This document shows, in pieces, positions 41,250-55,699 of a DNA stretch of 64,000 nucleotides. Each line of letters opens with the position of its first letter. The first letter of the stretch is position 1. The position numbers were made by a program, and so were the translations under genes. The stretch is taken from positions 1 to 64,000 of the forward strand of contig JAKIMF020000007.1 in NCBI GenBank assembly GCA_022605425.2, read 5' to 3'. This stretch comes from Hamiltosporidium tvaerminnensis FI-OER-3-3 (lineage: Eukaryota; Fungi; Microsporidia). Below the pieces are notes generated by a model. It was not told the DNA's origin. It ran no database searches and saw only the letters and a program-made list of their open reading frames with translations.

Positions 41250-42050
41250 ATTGTCTATAAATCCATTTTAATATTGATATATGATTGAATAAGCATATTC
41301 TAGATATAATTTTTAAATGTAAACCCTTTCTTGACAAAACAAATTTGAAGAAAAATTCATTTTTCAAAATATAGTCAAACTCACAATGTAAATAAATTGT
41401 TTTTAGCTTTTAGTCTTCTTAATACAATGTAGAAAAACTTGAAAGCTAAGTATCAACCACCGAGATTATAATATATAATGGTTTGAATATATCTTATGCG
41501 TCATAGAGGTTTAATTAATTTTTTTACACACTTGCAATCCAAAAGAACTTATCCATTATGATTGTACTCTATGGATTAGAGTTCTTGACTTAATTTACTA
41601 TATATTAGTAATTATAAGCAATATTTTAACAATATTGATCCTTGCATTATGAGATTCAAGCTATTATTTTATAAACTCTTTATGTTATAGAAATTCTACT
41701 TTTTCTCATAGTCTTACATTCCCTAAAACCCTAGAATATACAATGATTTATATCCTCTTAAGAAAAGATCACAGAAAATTAAAATTATGCAGAAGTAAAA
41801 ATAACGAATTTAAAAAACATTTTTTATAAATTAAATAAATATCTTTATTTTAAATAGTACTGTCTTCATTCAAAAATTTATCTTTCACGCTCCCTAATCT
41901 AATAATTTCTTATAATTTACAAGTTACTTTTCGCTTTCACTTACAGCTTTAAATATTTTTTACATAAGAAAGTGCTAGGTGCATTTATTTTTTATAAATC
42001 TATACATATTCGTTACAATCATTGATTGTGTTCAAAGACTGTTACTTTGT
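41250..42050 (-). mobile_element. Decayed LINE RT fragment
   Basis: IMQGSIL at 41650-41630 (cf. QGSxLSP), LYDA*DIF at 41508-41485 (cf. LYADDI) and a later FKNYI (about 41315, cf. FKYLG). Confidence 0.5.
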
Positions 42051-43799
42051 TTAAATTACGAAGATTTGGATTCGTAAACTAGAGAAAAATTATGCTCATC
42101 ATATACACTTATAAATCTAAACACTATACTATTTTCTCTTCATGAATTAAATCCTTATAACTTAGCTTAGAAATAAAGATAAGAAATTTAGAATTTAAAA
42201 TGAGGGAATAAAAATTTTAATTATAGAATATCAATATAGAAAATAACTTTTTCAAAACACTATTTTAAAATTGGGTTCATTCCTTTAATTAAATGTTGTA
42301 TATTTTATATTTGAGAATTGGCGTATTTCATATTCTTTTATTTACATTCTTTTATGAACCTTCCACGGTTTAATTTTCGTGTCGAGTTCACAAATATATA
42401 TCTTTGAGAATATTTTTTCCAAAACATTAAGAATATTTCTTTCCAATAAAAGGCATGAAATGTTTGATTAAAAATAGTAACCAACATCCACTAAATATCG
42501 TTTTTAGTTCAATTTGTAATTTTATATCAGAAAAGCTATAATCAACGAATTTTTTATGTTTTTAAATTTAAAGTTCTACCTTCTTATCTTTTTTCATATA
42601 TTTGATTCTTTTATTTGTTTGACATTCTCAAAGAATTTTATACTGAATGCCATTCTTATTCTAATAAATTTACTTTTTTTTATAAAATCATTTTCTTCAA
42701 AATCTACCTAAGGGAAGAGCTGGCTTTTTTACAAATTAAACAAAAATCGTAAAACTAAGTATTGTATTTAAAATATTGTGTATAATAGCAATAACCCTAC
42801 AAATAAAATATAATTCAAGGGTAATGTTAAACAATGATATAGTTTGAAAGGGGTTTAAAATTTAAATTACCTGTTCTTTACTTTAATTTAAGTTCTACTA
42901 TTTAACTATTAAATTTTTTAAGTCGGATCTATTAATTAAAAACCAATATAGACTTAACTAAAAATTTAATAGACGGCTTTATAAATTACTCTTTGTTTCG
43001 CAGAATCATATGGGTATAAGTAAATAAAAGTGTTAATTTTCTTTTATGACAATCTCTACCTCTAAAAACTTACTATTAACCTTTATGAACATAATTTTAA
43101 AATGTTTACTAACATACCTTAAATATTACCATAAAAATATACCACTGTTCATATATGCTCCTAGAAAATCATTAATATTATGTTTTTGTCGAGTTTTAAC
43201 ATATTTTATTTACATTTTTCGTATTGAATTTTTTAAAAAATATTTGGTATATTTTGTATATACTATATTGAACGATTCGAATGTTATCCTCAAATATAAA
43301 ATAAAAAAAATAATGCTTTGATTGATGAAATCTATAGAAAATAGATAATGTATGATTTTACTGCTTTTAAATCATTTATAAAAAAGAAATTTAGCTTGCT
43401 ATTAAATTTTTGATATTTTTTAAAATTAGTATTGATATATTCTATTATAAATTCAAAAATTCAATTAAACAAAAATATATATAATTTATTAACAAAGAAG
43501 GCCAAAAACATTACATATAGCTTCTAAAGATTCGATGTATCATAATATATTTTTGTAATTTTTTTTTGGATTTGTTTAATCGGATTTTGTATAGTCTTAC
43601 ACAAGATTTAAAAAAATCAAAAAAAAAATTGTGGTAAAAATAGTATCGGCTCAATGCCTAGAAATTTCCAAAAATACATCTCATTAAACTTTTACTGTTT
43701 ATCTAAATGTTTACTAAAAAATCGATCTGTTTCTTTTCAATTTTTATTGCTTATTTAACAAGCTTGCTTGATATATTTTGTATATGTTTTTTCAAAGAT

Positions 43800-44700
43800 C
43801 ACAGAATTATGAGAAAATCTAGTTAGAAAAATACACAATGAAACACCTAATAACGCTCCGATTATTATAAAAATACGATCGGCAAGCAAATTTTTACGCT
43901 TTATGATAATCGTAAGTCATTTTAAAGAATTTTTTGAGTATCAATTTTTTTGGGATTTTTTTAGCCATATATACCTATAATATGTCAAGATTTGTAAATT
44001 AACAAAACATCAAGGAAAAAAAAATTTAGGTATGCCAAAAAATCTAATTAATCTATCGAGTTGTCTTAAAATAAGCCACGAAGTCCGTTTGGAATAAACT
44101 TCGATGTTCTGAAAGTAAATTTCTAAATTTCTTTTAGCAAATTTGTCATGAATGCATAGTATATTGTGTATGAAGTAATTTTAAAGAAGAAAACAATTTA
44201 TTTAAAATATTTCCGGATTTGTATTTCTAAAACATCGCAAATATGATATATCAGTATATCATAAGTAGAAGGTATCCTTATCATATAAATTTACATTATA
44301 TTTTTTATAAATTCGTTTCAGTATATTTTTTCATACATGTTTTATTTGTTTTGCATATAGTAGTATGAATATATGAAAAATATAATTCGAAAATGAAGAT
44401 GTTCTTGCTGATAATTAGAAAGAATATAGCTGAGACCAAGGAAGAACTTTTCCCATAGTTAAAAATAAAATCTAGTAATTTTTATTAGGTTTTCATATTG
44501 CTTGATTTTTTTTATTAGGCTTAATGAAGTTACATCTAGCAGTATTAATGATTTTGAATTTAAAAAATACTGTGTAAATAAGAAAAACTTTGAAATTATT
44601 TAAAAAGGTAAGAATACTACGAATATTTTTTAAAAAAATTGACTGTTGTGTTTGTTATAAAATTTGATCAAGTTTATGCCTAGTTTATTGCCACTTTTTT
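43800..44700 (+). mobile_element. Decayed LINE RT fragment
   Basis: TPNNAPIIIKIRSASKFL (about 43843, cf. PxNYRPIxL...SK), SHE..WNKL (about 44075-44100), and VLADN* followed by AETKEEL (44401-44450, cf. FADD...AxxxEEL). Confidence 0.5.
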
Positions 44701-47249
44701 TGATTTTTTTCTTTCTATATTTGTATATGGTATATAAAAGAATTGAGAATTATCAAAAAATATTATGGCAAAGTATATGTTCAAATAGTTTAAAACAACT
44801 AGAAATACAGGGAAATATCTCTTAAAGAAACAAATAATTGTGTTTTTTATAAAATTTCACAATCTTCCAAGACATTATTTTATACATTTTTTTGCATTTT
44901 GTTAACCTATTTTGTATATAATGTGTAAGCCTTTCAAAATTTTTCATAAAAGATTTAAAAGATAACTGATTAAAAACCTGAAAATTCCTTTGAATATAAC
45001 AAAATATTTTGTCATAAGTCAATAACTGTGTTTTAAATAAAATTTCTAGATGATTTTTATAATTTTCTGTGATCATAAATTCTCTAATACGGTCGATATA
45101 GTTACATATAGTCGTATTGAAAATATGAATATTTGAAAAAAAAATTTAAAAAATCATATGCGTGAAAATCTGATAAATTATACAAAAATATCAATAATTA
45201 TAAAATCTGGTTTTTTTCAAATTAAGTTTTTGCTAAACTTTACTACTCTTCGTTTTTGAACCTTATTAGATATGTTTTGTGTATACTATATGAAAAGATT
45301 GAAATAGAAAAAAAAATGAAATTAAGTAGTATACGAATTTTTTCTTATCAACTTATACAGATGTTACAAATGGTTTTATATCAACCTATTAAATTTCTTT
45401 TAAATTTAAATTTTGTTTTTTATATTAATTTTATCTTTCTTTGACTGGTTTCGGGATATTGAGTGACACTGTGATATTTATAAAAAATATATTCGAAAAA
45501 ACCTACATTTTAATATCTATAAATTATAGAAGACATATCAGAGATGTCTAATTAATTGTATTTAACAGGGTGCAATCTTTTTTTCTGATCTTGCTTCGAA
45601 GTTTTTTGATATATTCTTTTTAATTTTCAGCATGTAATGTATATATTAAAAAACATATTAAGAATTATAGAAAAATTTATTAACAAGATATAAGATTAAC
45701 TCGTTAAAAATTCTTGCAAATAGTTGGATAAGTTTAAATAAATAATGTTTGTTTTTTTATGATTTAATCTCGACGAATATTTCGAAATTTGCAATGCGTA
45801 AATTTTTAGTTTTAAGTAGAAGGTTTTAATATAGTGATATGATCGATTCCAAAATCAAAAGAAGGCTTATTAAAATGTATATGTTTTAACAAAAAAATCG
45901 ATCAAAAGAAACTGATTTTCATGATATAACACATTTCAATGTTATTATAATATTTCTGGTATTTAGGGTTTATTTTTGGCACCTGATTGGTTTTTATTAG
46001 TATCATATATTCGTATTAAAGATTCCAACAATATAAAAAAATGTATATAGAAATGTATGAAGGTTAAGATTTCATAGTTGCTCTAAAAATAACTAAAAGA
46101 CTTTTAACACTCTATGATCAGTTTTAAACAAATTAGGGATCTAATTCAAACATCTTTTAAAGTATTTCTCTGTTTTGTTATTAATCTACTCCCTATTTGT
46201 TATGCCACATACAATTTTTTTTACTTGTATATCTCTTAATGACATTTTTATTTTACCTAAATTATTTCTCTATTTGTTATTTTAGACACTTATAATTTTA
46301 TTTAATCAGAGATGTTGAGTTATCACACTTTTAATAAGTTATTATGTTACCTAAAATATATTTACTAAGTTATTTCCTTTTTTTACGTTATTTCAGATTG
46401 AAAAACTATATTTGGACTTATAAAGTTGTTATATATACTTTCAATCGTGTGATTTATAAGTTGTTATTTAAAACTATACGGTTTGGATTAAAACTCTTTT
46501 TCTTCATTTTAATATTCAATAATTTCTTTTTTTTAAGATTAAAATTTTATTAATATATGCCTTTTATTTTAATTATTATCCCACTTATATAGTCTATATT
46601 TACAAAAAAAACTTTTTTACTTTTTATTTATGATGTTTTTAGTTTATTTACAGATTTTCTGAATATTGCAATTCCAAACACATGATAAATGTGATATACA
46701 TCTTATAAAATCATTTCAGATAATTTATTTGATTCTATACACAAAAATTCTATTTAAAATTAGAAATTGTTATTTCTAATAAATTAATATTACAATACTA
46801 TGAGTTTTAAAAATAAATATCCTTCAAATTTTATACAGTAGAAAGTTGTTTATTTACATTTTTATTATTTTTTGTCTATTCTTGTCAAGTAAGTCATAAA
46901 ATTATTGTTGATTGAAAAGTATTACATTAATAGTTTTTTGTAATATTTTTTACATACGATACAAAATATTTATTTGATTCCGTAATTTTTAAGTTTAATC
47001 ATTTTTTTTCAAAGTATATTTTTAATAGTTACATCTCGTATTTTTGGAATATGGTTTTGATTTATCAATTCTGTTTTTTATTTATTTATTTTAGTTTTAT
47101 AAATGCTATATAGTTTTAAGGTTGAAATACACTATTTCAAGTTCCTTTTTAGGTTTAATTTGAAGTTGGTAGTATGTATTTATCTTTTATATAAACTTTG
47201 ACTTTTAAATAAATAATTGTATTACATTTATATTTTAATAAACATTTTT

Positions 47250-49700
47250 CTTCTTTAGATTTTTTTAATTGAATATTGTATTTTGTAATAATTTTACTTA
47301 TTTTTACTAAATTTAGAATTTCTACATATATTTAATATATTTTACTTCAACATATTTTAATATACCGTTATCTATACTTTTAGATCATTCTTTTGTTATT
47401 CATCTGCTAAGTTAAGTGGTCACTTATATAAGCAGTTTTTCTACTTATGAAACAAGTCTAGTTATTTTAATCTTAAAGTTATAGAACAAAGTAACATTTT
47501 ATTTCCTAATAATCTATAATTTTATCCTGTTTTACTCAAATGCTTTTATTTTATAGTCATTTATCTTAAAATCTATAAATTCAGATCAATATGTTATATT
47601 TCTAAATATAATTCAGTGTCTTCCCTTTTTATATGATTTTGAAAGGTTAACCTTAATAAGCTTATAAAATTTACCATAATTGGAAGTTTTTAAGTGTGAG
47701 GTATTGGATGTTTATTTATCTTTTTTTGAAATATTTTGACTATTAAAACATTATCTCGATATCTAAAAACATGTTTTTGCAATATTGGTCATTATACCTT
47801 GTGTTCAGTCTAAATATGGCCGTATTAATTTTTGTGAAATTGTTCGGAAAAGCTCTCAGTATATTGTTAGAAACATTAATCATATATGGTATTTATGCGT
47901 AACTTTAGATTTCTATATAACCTCAAATTACTTACCTTCCCTTAAATTGAGCAAAATGCCAGGCATTATTGTATCTTTATTGTTTATGTTACTTTAACAA
48001 AAATGTAAATCTATTTGAAAGAAAGATGTAGATGTTAAGAGGTATTTTAATATCATGTATAGAAGTTTTAATCGAATTTATCAGAAAAGTAATACTTTTG
48101 TCTTGCTTGAAATGGATAATATTTTATAGATTTATAAAGACATTAATCTATTTTTCATATGTAATAAAATCTATAGGCAGTAGATTTTAATATTTCATTC
48201 GTCACAATATATTCATATAAATATATATTTCGTTCCGTAAAATATAGTCAGAGTGAACCAACCTAAATTGTTATAGTTATAAATGTATTAAATTGTTTTT
48301 AATTTTGTAAAGTCCTTCTTATTAGAATTATATACTATCTTACTGCAAAGATCAAAAGAATTAAATTTAAATAAATAGGATAGTATATTAAAATGTCTCG
48401 AACTGATAACCTTGTTCTTATTATACTATTTCTATTCTAAAACAAGATTTCAATAACTGTTTTTACATTAAGTAAATGATAATTTTAATGTGCTTAAATT
48501 ATTTATCTATGTAAAAGAAAATCGCTACAACTGATTTTTAATTCATGTAGAATCTGTATTTTTTTGGTTTTCTTAGATCTTTTCCTTTTTATATGAAGCA
48601 ATACGGATTCACAAGAAAACGATTCCGATAAAAAAACATATAGATAATATTTTTATTTGGTATAAATATAGAATGAATTTTTAAAAGATATATTTCAGAA
48701 TAAACCAAATTAATATAACTCATTTTTTAATATGTACTTTGCTAATAAAGATATAAAGGTAAGAAAAGTCTTTACATAATGAAGAACTACCTGTACTAGT
48801 GTGAAATAGGAGATATTGATAATATTTTGATATATAAATATAAGGAGATTGAATGAGAAGGTTAAAAAACCATTTTTTTAATGAAATCAGTCGTGTATTG
48901 TAATTCAACAAATAAAATTTCTATGATTTTGTTGTTTCGTTTAGAGATTATAATATCAAAATCACGATTTGTCTCCTTAAATACAAAAGAAAGACAATTG
49001 AATGTTATAAATTACTAAAAACTATAATTAGTGTTGGAGGCTAACTGTTGTGGCATCTTTTACAAGTTATTTATGAATATCTTAGCATGAAACTGAATAT
49101 TTCATTTATTTTGAAGGATTGAACTTAATGTAGAAGCCATATAAACATATGCCTCAATCAACTGATAGATTTTATTTGAATATTTAAAGGTTAATTTTTA
49201 TTTCTTACAGTTTCTAAGCTGATTTGGATTATCGAATGGCCATATGTAAGGTTATTTACATGTGTTACTAGTATGATTCAAAGGGTGCTATCAAAAAAAT
49301 CATCGAGCTTCTTTAAAGTCGGATTTAACTAAACAAGTGAATGAATTTACTTAGAATATATTGCTAGATAACCCAAAATATCATTAACTTTAATTACAAT
49401 TACAATAAGCCCAAAGCAAAGAACCCAATTATAGGACGCAACTGCTAATTTGAAAAGACTCGGTGTGAAGATGTATACATAAAGAAATTATAAAATAATT
49501 TGGTGAAATTAAGACGAAACAGTTAAAAAACCAATAATTTTTATTTATTTTAATCAAATACGTTATTCTTGTCATTTATCTTGACCTGCTCCCTATTAAC
49601 GTAAAAAAACACATTTTTTATTTGTGATTTATGACTCAGGTGTAGGCTCTAGGCTTAAGTTGCTTTCTTTTTAAATAAATATTTTTTCTAACCTAATTCA
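47250..49700 (-). pseudogene. Family A copy A5
   Basis: 38-nt block at 47654-47691. Introns at 47740-47797 (GTATAA..TAATAG) and 47855-47935 (GTAAGT..GAG). Spliced NNAWHFAQFKGRAFPNNFTKINTAIFRLNT. A long, largely open frame at about 48870-49240 (IYQLIEAYVYMASTLSSIL...NCLSFVFKETNRDFDIIISKRNNKIIEILFVELQY). Confidence 0.75.
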
Positions 49701-52549
49701 TAAAAATTGCAATAATTTGTGATTTCGTTTCTTTCGAAGCAAAAAAGAAATTTTAAATATATTAAAAACTAGAAACTGTACCTTTACAAAATCTTTATTA
49801 CCAATATCAAACATTTTCTTACAAAACCTCTTAATTTCAGGTTAATGTGACTATAAAATAAAATACCTTTGTAACCAAATTTTTTTATGATTTAGAACGA
49901 TGTGTAGGGTTCTTAAAGAAGGTTCAAGCATGAAATTTATCACAAATTTCTAATACTTCATATGAAAAATATATCCTAATCTTATGATTTTTTTCTTAGC
50001 GTTGCTGTCTCTTATTTCTTCATTGACAGATTCTCGAAGAATATTTTAAAAGAAAGCAAATTGCAATTATTTTTTATTTCAAAGATATCTTACTTTCATA
50101 CCTATTTAGTATGATGTATATCCAGAAAATAAGAAAACTGTAAAATAGTTAAAAGAAAAATCTAAATTTGTACTAAAAACTTTAACTACAGCTTATCCTA
50201 TGAAATAAAAACCTTCAAATTCATTGTATATAATTTTTTTTTATAAAATTTTCATTTTTTTTTCTTCGTATTTTAAAATCGTTACAATTTTACTTTTAAG
50301 AGTTTTTTAAGTACTTTCGAAGATTAACTAGTATATGTATAAAATTAAATGTTTTCTTGTTTTAAATAGAATATTTCAAGTTTTATTTACCTTTAATTTA
50401 ATTTTTTGGCATTTTTGGATTTCTTTGTAGCATTTATATATTTAATATATAATTTTAATTTTGTAATTGCTAACTTTACTTTATATAAGCATTAATAAGA
50501 CGAAATTATTTTGGGTTTAATGTTTAAAAATCGCATCATTTATAGACAAATATAACTTAACACATTTTCATAAAATTTTAAAGAAAAACAAATAGATAGA
50601 ACACGTTGGTATAATATCATAATTATCCGATAAAGATGTCGATCTAACCTTAAGTTTCACAAGCTATAAGATGTACCTTTATTTTGTAAGTTCAAATGGC
50701 TACAGCCTTAAGTCTTATAACAATAGAAGGTTAGTCGGGAAACGTTAACTTTAAGATAAGTTATATTTCCTTTTCTGATGTGGAAACTAAGTCAAAATAA
50801 ATACGAATAAGAACTAAAACGATAAAAGGTTAAGAATAAAATTAATTCAAACTTGGACTTTTAGTATATTTTTATAAATTGGAGACAATATTTTTTTAAT
50901 TACACCTCTAAATTATCGAGCTATGAAATATAAATGAGAAGCCTTTTAAAGATACAGAATTTTAATCTTAATGGAAAGTAGGTTTAACGTATAAATTCCT
51001 AGCACAAACAAGAAAACCATAAAAAAAATAAAATAGAAGAATTATTTTTTATTTAAATAGATTGCGATTTTATTAAGCTTAAAGAAAGTATGAAATATGT
51101 TTCCCAAATTAAAAAGATTCTTTGCCAGTCATCAATCTGTATATTCATTTTCATACTGCTTAAACAGTTCTTTCTACGTTCTATATAAATAATTTCTTTA
51201 GATGAGTGATAAATTATTTGTTCAAAAGAACACATTGCATGAATTCTTTATATATTTCTTAAATTTCGTCTAAATTGAATTTTAATATACATTCCTTATG
51301 AATTTTTTAATAATAAGTTGTTATGCAAAACCTTACAACCATTTTAATCTTTAGTCTATAGAACAAACCTTTACAGATATTTTTGAGGTTCGATTCTATT
51401 GCAATCATATCAATCATCAAGTATTTTTTACTACTTTTCATTTTAAAATTGAAATTAGAAAATCATGGAAATAATTTGATTCACTCTGCTCTTTTGTTAC
51501 AAAATAGCAAAACTCGAAATTTCTCATAAAAAACACTTTGAAATTATCAAAAGAAAAATGATTTTGAAACATTGATTAGATCATGATGTATATAAATAAA
51601 ACCCATTAGACATCAATCAGCTTAACTACATATTCTTCCTTTTTCCTTGGATCAGTTCCTTTCACAAGCCAAAAAGTTTTAATTCAACACAATTTGAACT
51701 CGTTTTAGGATTAGATATATTTGCAGAAGGGATTGTATAAATAATATAAGTGTCAATGAGGTAATTCTATTTATCTGATTATATTATTTCCAGGGATTTA
51801 AAACTTGAAATTTACATTTTAAATCTATTTCCATTGTAAATATATCAACCAAGAATATTTTTATGTGTATTTAAAAGTGAAAAAGCCTCTTATTACACGA
51901 ATAAACTAAATACTATTGCATTATCCCTGATTCACATGCTATTCACTTATTCTACTGCTTTACATTTTCTGGTCATATTGTTTGATTCATTCCTTTGTAT
52001 TAACAAATATTTAGATATTGAAACCGTTAGGGTAAAACTCTGTAAAAAATAAATAGAAAAAATTTAAAAAGCCATTTCGAAATAGAGAATAATCTCAATA
52101 CAAAATAAAAATGAAATTTTATTCTATTAAGAAATCTTTTACAATTAATTTCTGGCTTAATATATTGCCTATACTATTTAAGACCTTTTTAGGAATATAA
52201 TTTGATAATAGGTATTTCAATAAATATTAAATTAAATATTTTTGAATTTTAATTCTAAAATTTAAAAAGGTATCATCTTTTAGAAACGACTTCTATACTT
52301 TAAGCATTTCAAAATCAAAAAAAAATCGAATTATTATCTGTATATATTATTTTAAAATGTGCAAGTTCGTTCTAAAATTAATAACGAATTTTAACTTTAT
52401 TATAAAATTATTTCAATGAATCTGTGGTATGAAATACGTTATAAGAATTTAAATAATATATTTCAGTCGTAAAGGTGAATTTTAAGTTCGTTTAAAATTT
52501 CTTTAAATTAATAAATTTTTCATAAATATTTCTAAAAAAAAATTTAAAA

Positions 52550-53750
52550 TTTCAAAGAATAAAAAAGTACAAATATTAGAATTTTATTTTTTGAATTTGC
52601 AACCGAATAAAAATTATATTTTTGGAATCTTTTGATTTCAAAAAGTAATTTCGAATAGAAGACATACTTTCTATATGAGAAATTTAGATTTTGATTTCCG
52701 CTCTTGTAACAGTCATATAAGATTCTTTGTAATTCAAAAACGTTTTAAAAATATTTTAAGGGTATAAAAATAACTGCTTATTGATTCATCGTATTTAGTT
52801 TGGACATATAATCATGAATAGTACTTATATTGTTTTTAAGAGCTATGATTTATTGATTCTGATTATATAATTTGTTTCAGTAGAGCAAATAATAAAATTA
52901 TGAATACAAAATATTTTTAAGAGTTACACATTCATAAAACCAAACAATCCTAAAAAATGTAAAATTTAATGAGAAAGGGTCTTCTTTGTTTCCTTTCTCA
53001 TAATATTCAGATATCGTCACATACTGATGCCAAGCCATATGTTTTGAGGGGAAAACATTTGTATAACGAAAAATTCATGACGCTGCAGAGTAATTTTAAT
53101 TTCAATTGTCGTATTTACGAAATATCTGTCAAATTTAAATATATAGGCGTACCAGTAATATGAAGATTCAAATATTATTCATTTTCTTATAATCTGCTTA
53201 AAAGTATGGTTCTGGTTCAATCATCGAAATAAATGTGTCCAGAGATTGTTAAGTTGCCAAAAAATAGTCTTTCAGAAACTTTTTAGTTACAAAATTTAGA
53301 GTTTTTATAGATTTTATATTTGCAGCAATCATATAATATTTGCTCTTATATTTTCAAATAAACCCATGTATTTATTCGCAACTAACACGATATTATTGTT
53401 TTAAACCTGCTTTAAGAAGAATCTATTAAATAATAAAAATAATTCATGCGATAAATTTTGCGACAAAAAAGTTATTTTAAATGTCTTGGAATTATTTTTA
53501 CTCTTATTAGCCTAAAGCATCCGTTATTGGTTGATTTTCGTTCCAAACATATATAAAACCCCAGAATTGTTTTCTTGACTTTAAATGATATCGCCTTTAT
53601 AATAAAAATTATGTGAAAATATATTTTTTCAATTAAAAATCTATATCACCATATTCCAAAAACAAATTAATATGTTATTACTGAAAATCAAGTTGCTTTT
53701 AAAAGTATGTTTTGAGAATAATTAGAAAGAAATAAAATAGATTTTATTAA
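52550..53750 (-). mobile_element. Decayed LINE RT fragment
   Basis: One minus frame reads *IRQLKLKLLCSVMN (about 53120-53075, cf. GIRQG..LFxIVMN) then VCDDI*IL (53024-53001, cf. YADDI). Later come FGFMNV (cf. GLxIN) and QYKYYS (about 52830, cf. YKYLG). Confidence 0.6.
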
Positions 53751-54449
53751 AAAATATATTTGAAACAGAATTATGATGGTAAAATAAAAATGCTTTGAAA
53801 CAACACTTTATTGTATTTCTATTTTAAGATGTCATGTTACCACACTATTGTATCTTAGAAATAGCAATCACCAAAACAGACTCTTTTACATATTTTAATG
53901 GGTCTGATAATAGCATATATTATCAAACCAAGGGAATAGTATTTTTTATAAAAATATTTGCTATAGCTTTTGAAATATTAAGGAAATAATATATAGAAAG
54001 ATACAGAATTTCAGGTGTTAAGATATAAGAATTCTAAGATTTAATACGGTTGGTTTAAAATATCTTAAATCGTTAGAATTATGAAATTTGCTTATACAGT
54101 AGATTTATGAATCTATTATTTTTTTAAATTTTAGAAATATTTAGTTCGTTTAAAATAAATTCCTGAATGTAATATATGATGATATAATTTTGAAGTAAAT
54201 AAAAAGGATGTGTATATACATTAAAAAACTAGATTTAAAAAAATTAGTTATACATTTCTTTTCTTTTTTTAATTTCAATATTCTTTTAAAATCAAAAAAA
54301 AATATACTCGTAGCAAACCTATAATTATGAAAGTCTAAAACCTTAAGGTTAATAAGCCCTAATTTATTTAAAATCTTTGGGAAAAATCGATAGGATGATT
54401 ACTAAAAAATAATTTATTTATTTATATTAATCAGGTAAAATTGAAAAAA

Positions 54450-55600
54450 AGACTTTTAGTGATCTATAGAAAGATTTCTTAGGTTTGAACGAAATGCTCG
54501 AAAATTTTTTATTAAAAAAAGCTATTCTTATATTTGTAATTTTCTATATGGTGTTAATCAACCTTATTCAAAATATTGCCTAATTAATTTAGAATACGGC
54601 TTTTAATCACTTGCTCACTTTTTCTGAAAGGAAATAAAACATATTAGACATTACTGTTAATAATATCTCTTTTCAGCAAAAAGTGGTTTGTTTTTGTTGA
54701 AAAATCCATTTTTTGCAAGTTTTAATGAACTACTTAATTCTAAATGGATAAGTTTTTATATAAGAAAAATTTTCCTCTTCCAACTAAATTATAAATAAGC
54801 ATTCGAAAAAATAATAGAAATCTGGTACTCTTTTTTCTCAGAATTTTAGATTCTATCGAAGTAAAGGGACATGGCCTTAAGTCTGTATCTTATATTATTT
54901 GATTTCAAATTTGGCTTTTTTATGATAAATGCTCTCTTGATTCTAGAAATATAAAAAAAATTTGTCTAGTCTTGCAAACTCCGGTGAAAAATCACAATCA
55001 AGACATTATTTTTAATGTCTCGCATCTGGTTAAATTTAGAACGAATTATAATAATAGTTTTCTTGGAATAAAATAGATTAGAAAATTATTTTCAAAAAAT
55101 TTCTAAGTGTTACAAAGTAGTTGGTTTAATGTTGAAACGTCTAGAATGAGCAGAGGGTAATACAGAAAAGATCGGGGAAATCGAACTTAGTCATGAGCAG
55201 TATAACTGTTTAGATATCTTCATCTAAAATATAATATCCGATAAATTTAGGAGTTATTATTTCTTGGCGATTATATGGCAATATACTGATTAAATTCGAA
55301 ACAAATCTTGTTATAATCTAAATATTCACTATAAAATAAAAAGAACGCATGAAGAACTTCTATCGAAATTACTCGTTGTAAATTTACAATGAAAATATAA
55401 TGTTGAAAATTTAGTTATTATTTCTACGAAAAAAAAATGATTTTCAAGGCATTTCCGTGCAATCTAGCATATATGCAACTCTAACCTAGTTTTTACTATT
55501 TTCTGGTTATGCTGCTTTATTTTTTCCTCGGGCACTACTGTCAATTCAACTCCTTCTAAAATTAAAACTTTGTAATCTTAGAATGAATATAAAATATATC
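54450..55600 (+). mobile_element. Decayed LINE RT fragment
   Basis: RFYRSKGT (54848, cf. GFRxxRST), LFDFK../YDK (about 54895-54930, cf. LDFxKAYD), RVIQ (about 55154) and LFLGDYMAI (55257-55283, cf. LFADDIAL). Confidence 0.55.
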
Positions 55601-55699
55601 GAATTTCTTTATATTATAATTTACTATATTACGCTCAAATCAATTATATTTTTAACATGAAATGTTTCAACATACATACATCTGAATTAGATCCGAATC

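Noticed and set aside
47913-47935. Constitutive 23-nt microsporidian-style intron
   Set aside because: Removing only 23 nt leads into a frame with stops shared across copies, whereas the 81-nt intron restores the frame. It is kept only as a possible alternative site.
7270-49700. Alternative genetic code (TAA/TAG read as Gln) as the reason for the absence of long ORFs
   Set aside because: TGA, TAA and TAG all interrupt the best frames and frameshifts are common. The stops shared between copies fall inside predicted introns. Decay plus splicing explains the pattern.
51600-51830. Protein kinase-like words: IISRDLKLE on the plus strand and YVVKLID on the minus strand
   Set aside because: The two words lie on opposite strands, with no DFG, APE or Gly-loop at the expected spacing. 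They are likely chance matches.
52990-53060. HMAWHQY resembling a tyrosinase or dioxygenase metal site
   Set aside because: It is an alternative frame of the RT relic (VCDDI), which has several supporting motifs.
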